Of a stretch of 64,000 nt of DNA, positions 56,207-64,000 are shown in pieces (position 1 is the stretch's first letter; each line of letters begins with the position of its first letter). Under the pieces are notes generated by a model that did no database searches, was not told where the DNA came from, and worked only from the letters and a program-made list of their open reading frames with translations. The stretch lies in the sequence record PV662128.1; one strand, given 5' to 3'. A program made the position numbers and the translations under genes.

Positions 56207-57704
56207 TAAAAAAGATCCTGTTGTTACCACCTATCCTTTAATTGGTGAAGGTGGTAAAGTGGTCCCGGGAGACCAAGAGGAACAATTGATCGATCTCGAC
56301 GCCGCCTACAAGAAGACAGGTGAAACGAAAACCAATGAGCTTGTAGAAGGCCTGGAGCGTTACATCAACCAAAAAATTCTCGGTAAACGGGAAATGGAAT
56401 TAGCTGGAGTTAAAGGAGGGGAGAATTTCGATCCCCTCCCATCCAAGCGTAATGCCGTATTGGGCGGTGAATCTTTCATCACCGCCGTAAAAGACGGTTT
56501 TTTGAAGATCATTGATTTCATTATCAAGTTTATCAAAGGCGCCGTTAACTGGGTTATCGAGCGCATTAAAGTCTTACTGGGCTTTAGTAAAACAAAGGCC
56601 GAGATTAAAGCCTGCGAAGATGCCAGATCGGATATGGAGAAAGAGGTCAAATCCACTCTGTCAGGATTTGGAATCAACCCTTCTTTCTACAGCCTGGATC
56701 AGCTGGTAGAATCTGCCCCTCGCGGTATCGATCGAGTGCAGATGGTGAAATACCTGTCGGCCAAATCCAAAGACGAAACGGAGATGGCCAAAGCGCTCAC
56801 CGCGGTCATTCCTGACCTGACAACTCTGACGCGTAAGTTAAGAGATTCTTCTGACAGCTTAACTAAACGGTACAAGCGATTCAAAGTTGTTCTGGACGGG
56901 ACCCGTAGAAAATTGACCGCTAATAGTGTTGGGGATGCTGACGCTTACGAGCTGTCTAAAGCTATCAAAGACGTTATGGTCATTTCCGAAGACTATGGCG
57001 ATGTGGTTGCCTCTTTGTCTGCAGTAGTCTCTAAGTTATACGGGCTTAATCTCGATGACTCTAAAATCCTTAAAGAGGGATTTGGCGTTTTACGAGAAAA
57101 TATTGCCCGAAATCGTGCGGTTGCAACCAGTAAGCTCAATCCGGAAAAACTGACCGGTCTTTACGCTGAAATCGGAACGTTAAATAACCGGATTATTTCT
57201 GAATCGGGTAATGCGTTCGATTTATCTCACGTCGACACTAAAGTTCTAAAAGAAGTGGTCTCTTTGGATGACGCCAATTTCATCAATAATTTATCTGATG
57301 TGGTCGGTAATCGTCAACTCATCGCAGACTATCAGGCTATGGCTGTTTCCGTCAGGGACTTTACTGCGATTCTGGAATCGTCTTCTGCTATTTGCGCTGA
57401 TATCTCCCGTGAAATCGCTAATTTCACTAAGTGGAAAAACAACGTAGATATGTATCTCGCCGTGGCGGTTACAGAAGATCTTAAACTGATCGCTTCTACG
57501 CTGATCGCTTCTGCTGGCGCCGGAGAATACGATCTCGATAAGTTAGGTAAGAGCAAACCTGTTGTTCTACCTGAACCAGGCCTGGTTAAGAAGACCGGTT
57601 TGATCACCCAGGAAATTCTTGACGCTGATCTCCATGGCGTTACTTCCGCCGTTAACAATTTTGCGAAAACTGCGGGACTCAACGTGAGGGTTAAACCACG
57701 ATGA
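56199..57704 (+). CDS. Putative internal head protein
   Basis: GGE sites (KGGENF, LGGESF) followed by an amphipathic helix like that in the 20 kb and 52 kb paralogues. Confidence 0.6.
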   Translation: MTDKKDPVVTTYPLIGEGGKVVPGDQEEQLIDLDAAYKKTGETKTNELVEGLERYINQKILGKREMELAGVKGGENFDPLPSKRNAVLGGESFITAVKDGFLKIIDFIIKFIKGAVNWVIERIKVLLGFSKTKAEIKACEDARSDMEKEVKSTLSGFGINPSFYSLDQLVESAPRGIDRVQMVKYLSAKSKDETEMAKALTAVIPDLTTLTRKLRDSSDSLTKRYKRFKVVLDGTRRKLTANSVGDADAYELSKAIKDVMVISEDYGDVVASLSAVVSKLYGLNLDDSKILKEGFGVLRENIARNRAVATSKLNPEKLTGLYAEIGTLNNRIISESGNAFDLSHVDTKVLKEVVSLDDANFINNLSDVVGNRQLIADYQAMAVSVRDFTAILESSSAICADISREIANFTKWKNNVDMYLAVAVTEDLKLIASTLIASAGAGEYDLDKLGKSKPVVLPEPGLVKKTGLITQEILDADLHGVTSAVNNFAKTAGLNVRVKPR

Positions 57705-58381
57705 ACGAAACCCTAGAAAAATTGCTGAGTAACGCACTGACTCACGATAGTGATTGGGAATCAGACGCTCAACAATTTAAAGAAGGCATAAAGGAGATTC
57801 ATCAGCTCCTGGAGCGTAGACTGGACGCCAAGCTTCTGATGGAAGCCCTCGCTTTCTTCGATGCGTGTGAAGAAACCATCATTGATGTAAGAGCCAGGAT
57901 GGTAACCGGTCCTTCTAAAGTCAATAACGATTTATTCTATAATTTCTGTAAGTTTAAATACACGCAGAAAATCATGGGAATCTCGGTATTGGCAGACGGC
58001 GTTTTAGTCGCTAAGGATTTCGATACTGCTATTGGTGCGGTGGTTGATGATTTGTTTAAATCATTTAATCAATCTACTGATAATGATCGTTTCCATAAAG
58101 CGATTTGTCTTCGTCGTGATGTGAAACGACTTAAGATCGCGTTGGAAGATCCTTATACCTTTAACCTGGGTGTGGATTGGACAGCCATTGAACCAAAAGA
58201 AGATTACATCGAAGACTCTACCGATCTTGACTTCCTGAAAGCATCGAGAGAACGTCTTGCTGTTAACGAAACGTCTTACGAGTTCTGGGCGATCGAAAAT
58301 CGTATCCGTCAAATTACGTCGGAGAACTACATTCGTCGTTCGTTCTTAGAGCGTCTTGGTCTTTACTACAAAAAAGATTAA
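57701..58381 (+). CDS. Hypothetical (virion) protein
   Basis: ATGA overlap. Confidence 0.65.
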   Translation: MNETLEKLLSNALTHDSDWESDAQQFKEGIKEIHQLLERRLDAKLLMEALAFFDACEETIIDVRARMVTGPSKVNNDLFYNFCKFKYTQKIMGISVLADGVLVAKDFDTAIGAVVDDLFKSFNQSTDNDRFHKAICLRRDVKRLKIALEDPYTFNLGVDWTAIEPKEDYIEDSTDLDFLKASRERLAVNETSYEFWAIENRIRQITSENYIRRSFLERLGLYYKKD

Positions 58382-58388
58382 TGTTAAA

Positions 58389-58418
58389 TACTCCTCCTAC
58401 CCTAGGGTAGGAGGAGTA
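58389..58418. terminator. Perfect 30-bp palindrome / bidirectional terminator
   Basis: tactcctcctaccct|agggtaggaggagta. Confidence 0.8.
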
Positions 58419-58422
58419 TAGT

Positions 58423-61338
58423 TTAGGATTTATGCAATTTAAAGTTTAAAGTAATATCTTCAGCAACTGTCAACAACGTATTATTGTTGTTGTTCAACAC
58501 TTTACGAATACTGAACCCAGTCGTCGCATCTTTGTTACTAATGACATCAATGCTGGTAGAACCCGCAAACGATTCCAGTTTTATATCAACCACGTCATCG
58601 CCAGAAATATCTTTAAGTGCGGAGATAAGACTGGAGTTAGAAATGGTTGAGTTAGCCAGCATGCTGTTGATGGTCTCAGGATATGCGTTAGCGAGATTGG
58701 TTTGCAGTGCGTCTGACTCATACCCATTTTTAGTTAAGTAAACCGTAATGGAGAAACTGAGATCACTTCTGATCGTTGTTTCGATATCAGCGTTGATAAT
58801 AACGTCGATATTACCGATCTTAGCTTTAGGAAGAAACTTAACTTTGGTCTCATCCAGACTTCGATTGTTAATCGCTGTCATATCTTGCTTGATGTTGTCA
58901 GTCAGATAGGTTTTGGTTGACTCGTCGAAATCCGTATCGTAGGTATCGGTTGTGAAGAAGTAAGCCCCATCAAAGCCTAAGAAGTCGAAGTTGTACTGCA
59001 GCTTCCTAGGTTCAACTTCCACATTGTTTCCATCGGCATCTTTAACAAAATCCCCGATGAGATATTTGTACGTCGGATTACCCTGAGTATCCAGAATGGG
59101 GTCGCCTTTCTTATGCAAGAAGATCGGAAGACCGTCATCACCTAAAACCAATTTCCCGTCGTTATCGCGTTCAGGATAATCTTTATCATAAGTATCCGGA
59201 ACGTTATAAGTGTACTTCTGATAACGAGCGTCGCCAGTGATTGGTCGGATACGAGTGTACATGTAATCGAGGCTCTGCCCCAGAGTAATGTTCCACTGCG
59301 TTTCGATAATCGCTTGCATGTCAGCAGAGAAAAGACTAGAAGCGATTTTGTTGTCGCTATCTGATCTGTTTGCTGTGTCATCGGTAGTTTTGAGCAGGAG
59401 GAAACTGAATGTGTTGGTTAGACTACTTGGAATATCATTCGCATCTGCATCGTACTGAGTCAGGCTGTTAAGATAAAGCAAATCGTTGTTATCGATATCA
59501 AAATTACTCGATAATACAAACTGCCAAATCCTTTCACCAGAACTGTTGGTTCCTACCAGTTCGCCTTTAACAGATGCAAGCGCCGCCGCATTAGCGGGAG
59601 TGAAACAGAGTTGTGCTCCGACTTCACTGTCTTCCAGAGCCTTATATTCTTTACCCGACTTACAAACAAGGGTAAACACGTAACCCGTTTTCGTTACGGA
59701 GATGTTGATACTCGATACACCGAGTTCTATCCCCAGGTTTGTGTTCTCGTATAAGAATCTCTGGTAGTTGCCGGTAGGAGAATCCATCCGGTACATTCTT
59801 AACGAGGCTTGGTTGTCAGTAAGGTCCATGACGTAATGGAACGGAGTGTAAACCAACGCATTCCCATTGACATAGTTGGAAATGTCTTCAAACCCAGAAT
59901 TCTGGATGGCGGTTAGTTCTGTTAATGGAACTATCCTGGTGGTTGTTTTCGAAATATCAAATACCGTCTTGCTCGGTATGGTGATCCGCTCGCCGTTGTC
60001 AAACACCATTCCTGTCGCTACCAGATCTTCGGCACTTTGCAGAATCGATCCGATGTAGGTGTTCATGCTAGAAACCATCCCGTCTTTATTAGACTGAGCA
60101 GGAAGATCTCTGGATGCCTTGTACAAGCGATTGGTGATGTAATCAATGGAAAGTACTTCGTCGTAACCACGATCTTCAATATTGTAAGAATATTGATTAG
60201 GGGTAATCGGTAAACTATCCCGCCGGTTGCCGTAGATGCTCGCTCGACGAACACTTTCAAAACTACGAGGATTGGCTCCGCCGGTTACAGCGCTGACAGT
60301 AATCCAGGCTTGGTTATTCGCACTCAATAATGGCGAGGAGTACACGCCCAATTGGTTGTTGTCGTAATTATAGTCGAGATATTCCGGGGTGTGATCCGCA
60401 ACACTGATCGTTTTGAGATCCTGCTCGTAATAACCGACGGTAGTATAAACGTACAACGCGATCTTACCTACACCCAACCCACTTGTTATATACGCAACCG
60501 GAACTTCATAGGTAAACGAACCGTTATCATTATCCAGGGAGACAACCAAAGTCGGTACAGTCGTATCGAAGTTGGCTTTGTTGTAGCTAATAGCCATCTC
60601 AGCTGTACTGCCGTCTGAATAAGTGATAAAGGCACGGATGGCATAAAGATAGTTACTGAAATAAAAGGTATCTTTAGCCAAGCCGGAGGCTGCTGTTGTC
60701 GCGATATTGAACTTAGGTGTGTTGTTCAATTGACGAACAGGAACGAGGATGCGGAGGAACTTAACGTTCCTGATAACAACGTAGTCGGTATCCAATACGT
60801 TTTCCGAAATTGGATTGAGTGGATTGTTGACAGTCGAATCATAAACAACGCTATGACCGCCGTGCTCCATTAAACGAATTTCGAAACCGTTTTCAATACT
60901 GAAGTAAGTGGAGTTAACCAAAATTCGAGTATCTTTAGGAACCAACAGTTTCCGATATTTGTTTACTACCGCGCCGTCTTCTTCTTGGTATTCAACGGCC
61001 AGACGTTTTATCTCACTCACTGGAATAAGATAAGCCATCGTTGTACCGCTAGGAACACCGAGCAGACCGTACCATTCTTCGTCAGATAGATTACGGCTGA
61101 GGTCGGACATGTTCCTCGCCTGGTTTTTATACATCTGAGCAGCTGCGTCACTATGACGACTCAACAGTGTATACGCCTCACCCACGATCATATCCATGGC
61201 CGTGATAAACGGATGGGTGGGGCTGTTAAAGGCGATGTTTTTACCTGACCATGCATCTTCGATCATGGAGAGTACGTTAGGAATAACTCGAGTGGGGTTA
61301 TTCGATATTTTTTCTAAGTCGGAGTAGGAATAACTCAT
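58423..61338 (-). CDS. Baseplate wedge (gp6/J-like) structural protein
   Basis: 971 aa, beta-rich; GGANPRSFESVRR resembles the baseplate-J GG..E..E.LR motif. Confidence 0.65.
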   Translation of the reverse strand: MSYSYSDLEKISNNPTRVIPNVLSMIEDAWSGKNIAFNSPTHPFITAMDMIVGEAYTLLSRHSDAAAQMYKNQARNMSDLSRNLSDEEWYGLLGVPSGTTMAYLIPVSEIKRLAVEYQEEDGAVVNKYRKLLVPKDTRILVNSTYFSIENGFEIRLMEHGGHSVVYDSTVNNPLNPISENVLDTDYVVIRNVKFLRILVPVRQLNNTPKFNIATTAASGLAKDTFYFSNYLYAIRAFITYSDGSTAEMAISYNKANFDTTVPTLVVSLDNDNGSFTYEVPVAYITSGLGVGKIALYVYTTVGYYEQDLKTISVADHTPEYLDYNYDNNQLGVYSSPLLSANNQAWITVSAVTGGANPRSFESVRRASIYGNRRDSLPITPNQYSYNIEDRGYDEVLSIDYITNRLYKASRDLPAQSNKDGMVSSMNTYIGSILQSAEDLVATGMVFDNGERITIPSKTVFDISKTTTRIVPLTELTAIQNSGFEDISNYVNGNALVYTPFHYVMDLTDNQASLRMYRMDSPTGNYQRFLYENTNLGIELGVSSINISVTKTGYVFTLVCKSGKEYKALEDSEVGAQLCFTPANAAALASVKGELVGTNSSGERIWQFVLSSNFDIDNNDLLYLNSLTQYDADANDIPSSLTNTFSFLLLKTTDDTANRSDSDNKIASSLFSADMQAIIETQWNITLGQSLDYMYTRIRPITGDARYQKYTYNVPDTYDKDYPERDNDGKLVLGDDGLPIFLHKKGDPILDTQGNPTYKYLIGDFVKDADGNNVEVEPRKLQYNFDFLGFDGAYFFTTDTYDTDFDESTKTYLTDNIKQDMTAINNRSLDETKVKFLPKAKIGNIDVIINADIETTIRSDLSFSITVYLTKNGYESDALQTNLANAYPETINSMLANSTISNSSLISALKDISGDDVVDIKLESFAGSTSIDVISNKDATTGFSIRKVLNNNNNTLLTVAEDITLNFKLHKS

Positions 61339-62369
61339 TTAGCAGTCCACCATTCTAATTCCATGGTACTTAAGTTTATCCAAGGATAAACGTTGTATTG
61401 TTTTTCTAAGAATTCACTAGGTTGTATTTGACGATAGTAAGAGGAACGCTGGTCATCACCCATGTTCGGATTAAAGAATACGGTAGCACCATTAAATCCG
61501 TCAACGACCTCAAATGTATCGAACCTCGCGCCAACACTACTGAACTGAATTGTCAGTTCATCTTGTCCTTGACCGCGTCTGACAGTACTCTCGTTATCAA
61601 TCGCCGACATAGCACCCATGGGGTAAGTCACGGGGATGGATTGAACTGTCATGTACATGCTTTCTATATTTCGTAAGTTTTTGTTCATAATGAAATGATA
61701 GATGCGACAGTCGAAATCCCAGTAGTTACCAGCCAGTGCCTCAAGAGAAGGCTCCATGTCATTATCGCCTAATCTCACTTCGGGAATATAACTTTCCCAA
61801 GTTTGGAAAATATAGGGAATGATGCCCGGCTTTGGATTATAGAACGTCGTGTTGATGGTCAGTGGTCCGTTCTCATCCAAAATCCCAACCGGGGCCTGAT
61901 GAACCTCGTTACGAATTCCCGGATTACTTTTCCTTACTTCTAAATCTAAATCGGGGAACCCATTACTGGCTTTACACAAGTTAGTCAGCGGGGCTATCCA
62001 AGCCAATTTATTGTCGAGATCCGGATGCGGATAAAGGTTACCTGAACGATAATCCAATAACCCCCTGACATAAGCAGGAAGGCTATCGGTTTGTGCTTTA
62101 TAGAAAGGGGCCAATCGAGGAGACTTTACAACGTTATCGTCTTCGAGATTTAAAACAGGTCGTGTAACGAAAAATAATCCTATGACGTTGTCTGCAATAG
62201 GCGTCATCTGCACGCCTGGTCCCAGAATACGGATTCCCTTTAAAGTATTTGCAAGGGGTGATGTATAGGAGGAACCTCCATTTGCTGTAAACACATCATC
62301 AAAGATGCTCAACCTGTCCGTTAGGGCTTCTCCAGTGAAGTTCTCGGAACTATTGAATTTGATATCCAT
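61335..62369 (-). CDS. Virion structural protein, possibly tail-tube-like baseplate component
   Basis: Coupled to the wedge gene; DFDCRIYHFIM..PVTYPMG; fold is inference. Confidence 0.55.
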   Translation of the reverse strand: MDIKFNSSENFTGEALTDRLSIFDDVFTANGGSSYTSPLANTLKGIRILGPGVQMTPIADNVIGLFFVTRPVLNLEDDNVVKSPRLAPFYKAQTDSLPAYVRGLLDYRSGNLYPHPDLDNKLAWIAPLTNLCKASNGFPDLDLEVRKSNPGIRNEVHQAPVGILDENGPLTINTTFYNPKPGIIPYIFQTWESYIPEVRLGDNDMEPSLEALAGNYWDFDCRIYHFIMNKNLRNIESMYMTVQSIPVTYPMGAMSAIDNESTVRRGQGQDELTIQFSSVGARFDTFEVVDGFNGATVFFNPNMGDDQRSSYYRQIQPSEFLEKQYNVYPWINLSTMELEWWTAK

Positions 62370-62397
62370 TATTTATTTCCAAAAAAGAGGAACGACT

Positions 62398-63513
62398 ATG
62401 ATCACCGCTGTGCTGTCCTGGGGATCCGCTATTCTTAGCCTGGCTAAGATGCTTAATCCTGACAACAAAAACTACGATGAGAGCAAAAAGGTCATTGATA
62501 AATTGGGTAGTGTGGCCGGAATCGTCAGCACGAGTTCCGCAGCTAAGTCAGCACAACGCGCCATTATCAACCCGATGGTTGTGGTGGAGCGACCGCTCCT
62601 CCACCAAGAATATATGAATGAACTTTTAACGATCATACAATTACGCGACATCATGAACGTCCTGACTCACCTGAGTTTGCAGGGTGAAATTGGTGGCGTT
62701 AAGATCGCTAAACTGGTCGAAGGTATCAACCCATCTCGCTCCGGTTTCCTTTCGCTGATGGGTGCTGAGTCTTTTGGTGGGACCCATATTCTTCCACCCG
62801 TGGCTGGTACTGAAGCCGATCTGGTTACCGTTAAAGATAAAGACGGTGTGATGATCGACACTAAACTTCAAAATACTCTCAACGAATATTCCCCGCTCGC
62901 TCTGGGTAAAGTCGTTGCCGCTGAAGTTAGCATCGATGGTAAACGCAGTACGTTCCCTCTGGTATTCCGTCAGATCCCGGTTCCTGCGGATACCAAGCAG
63001 CTCGAGAACGTATTCCAGGTAGCCAAACCAGAAGACGGTTTCCGCATGCGTATCATGATGCTCAAAACAGGCGAAATCACACCTGCTGAGTTCCTTACCG
63101 GCAGCGATCTGGTTAAGAAAGAATTTACCGTTCGTAAGAACGATTTGACCGGGTACTACGAAGAAGCCCAAAAACGAGCCACTCGTAACCGTGCTGAAGC
63201 TATCCGTACTGGTGAAGCTTCCATGAACACCATGGCTAACGTTTTCGTCATGTCTTCCGATACCGCTCGTCAGATCGAGCTCGAAATCGGTTTACGTTTC
63301 TCCAACGCCTCTTCTCGTGATCGCATTTTCAGCAAAACCGTTGCTAACACCATTGTGGTGGTCAACGAAGGTCGCGGTGTATTTACGTTCTACACTCATG
63401 GCCAGGATATGCCGGAAGTGTACACGCGTTCAGAAATCAAAGTGAAGGCTGCTAAAGATACCTCTTCTAACAGTCTGCAAGATTTGCTTAAACTCTTTAA
63501 CGGTGGTGTATAA
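62398..63513 (+). CDS. Inner head/inner-body protein (phiKZ gp89-like)
   Basis: GAGGA RBS before ATG 62398; processing-like sites MGAE and AGTE; synteny. Confidence 0.6.
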   Translation: MITAVLSWGSAILSLAKMLNPDNKNYDESKKVIDKLGSVAGIVSTSSAAKSAQRAIINPMVVVERPLLHQEYMNELLTIIQLRDIMNVLTHLSLQGEIGGVKIAKLVEGINPSRSGFLSLMGAESFGGTHILPPVAGTEADLVTVKDKDGVMIDTKLQNTLNEYSPLALGKVVAAEVSIDGKRSTFPLVFRQIPVPADTKQLENVFQVAKPEDGFRMRIMMLKTGEITPAEFLTGSDLVKKEFTVRKNDLTGYYEEAQKRATRNRAEAIRTGEASMNTMANVFVMSSDTARQIELEIGLRFSNASSRDRIFSKTVANTIVVVNEGRGVFTFYTHGQDMPEVYTRSEIKVKAAKDTSSNSLQDLLKLFNGGV

Positions 63514-64000
63514 TGGATCTGGTGAAATACGCTAAAAGCGTAAAGTCGCTTAAAAAGAAAGATGTCTACGATACTATCGCGTTACAGAAAGGCATGGTGA
63601 ACACGATCAAAAACATGCTCGCCCTCAACGCCAGTAACGACGTCGGATACGACCAGTACGCTCAGCGCTGGGCACTGACCAAAGGTATCCTCAAAGATGT
63701 TGGTCGCCGGGTAACTAATCCGAGCATGACTGACGTTTTCGTCGATTCCATTAAAGGGATCGAGTTCATCCTGTCTCGTCTGGAACAACAGGCCAAAGGT
63801 ATCGACGACACCATTGACGGAACAACCCTGACCATTAAAGAAACCAACATCCTGATCATCCTGGATAACATTGGTTTTTGGACAGGTTACACTCTGGACC
63901 TGGTGGAAGTCCTTTCTTCTTTTGCTCTGGAAGGCAAAGAAGATGAGCGCGGGATTAATAAAGCCGACCTGACTTTCCTTAATAAGACCTGGTCTTATTA
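63513..64000 (+). CDS. Inner head protein (phiKZ gp90-like), 3'-truncated by the window edge
   Basis: TAATG overlap; frame MDLVKYAKSVKSLKKKDVY... appears open to the window end. Confidence 0.6.
   Translation, partial: MDLVKYAKSVKSLKKKDVYDTIALQKGMVNTIKNMLALNASNDVGYDQYAQRWALTKGILKDVGRRVTNPSMTDVFVDSIKGIEFILSRLEQQAKGIDDTIDGTTLTIKETNILIILDNIGFWTGYTLDLVEVLSSFALEGKEDERGINKADLTFLNKTWSY

Noticed and set aside
7529-58418. Repeated palindromes as a CRISPR array or IS ends
   Set aside because: Dispersed singly at gene ends, with no regular spacers, cas genes or transposase.

Overview
64 kb segment of a nucleus-forming (phiKZ-like, Chimalliviridae-type) jumbo phage genome. It carries the conserved core block: terminase large subunit, PhuZ tubulin, both halves of the split family-B DNA polymerase, chimallin, four non-virion RNA polymerase subunits, probable ChmC and PicA, an SbcD/Mre11 nuclease, an SF2 helicase, one virion RNAP beta-prime subunit, and baseplate and inner-head proteins, plus small accessory ORFs (tmk, HAD). 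Most notable signals not shown by the ORF track: (1) the catalytic NADFDGD motif of the nvRNAP beta-prime gene is split by two tandem ORF-less group I introns around a 12-nt micro-exon encoding DFDG; (2) a ~1 kb structured non-coding locus (12552-13531) contains a complete hammerhead ribozyme followed by ~600 nt of helix-rich RNA; (3) a ~94% AT core flanked by GC-rich inverted repeats at the strand switch (origin-like); (4) two related class 3 (WCT) LAGLIDADG inteins, the helicase one in Walker A and the terminase one probably so; (5) two head-protein paralogues 31 kb apart share 80 bp of perfect identity. Family assignments come from motifs, recalled family knowledge and synteny; no database search was run.
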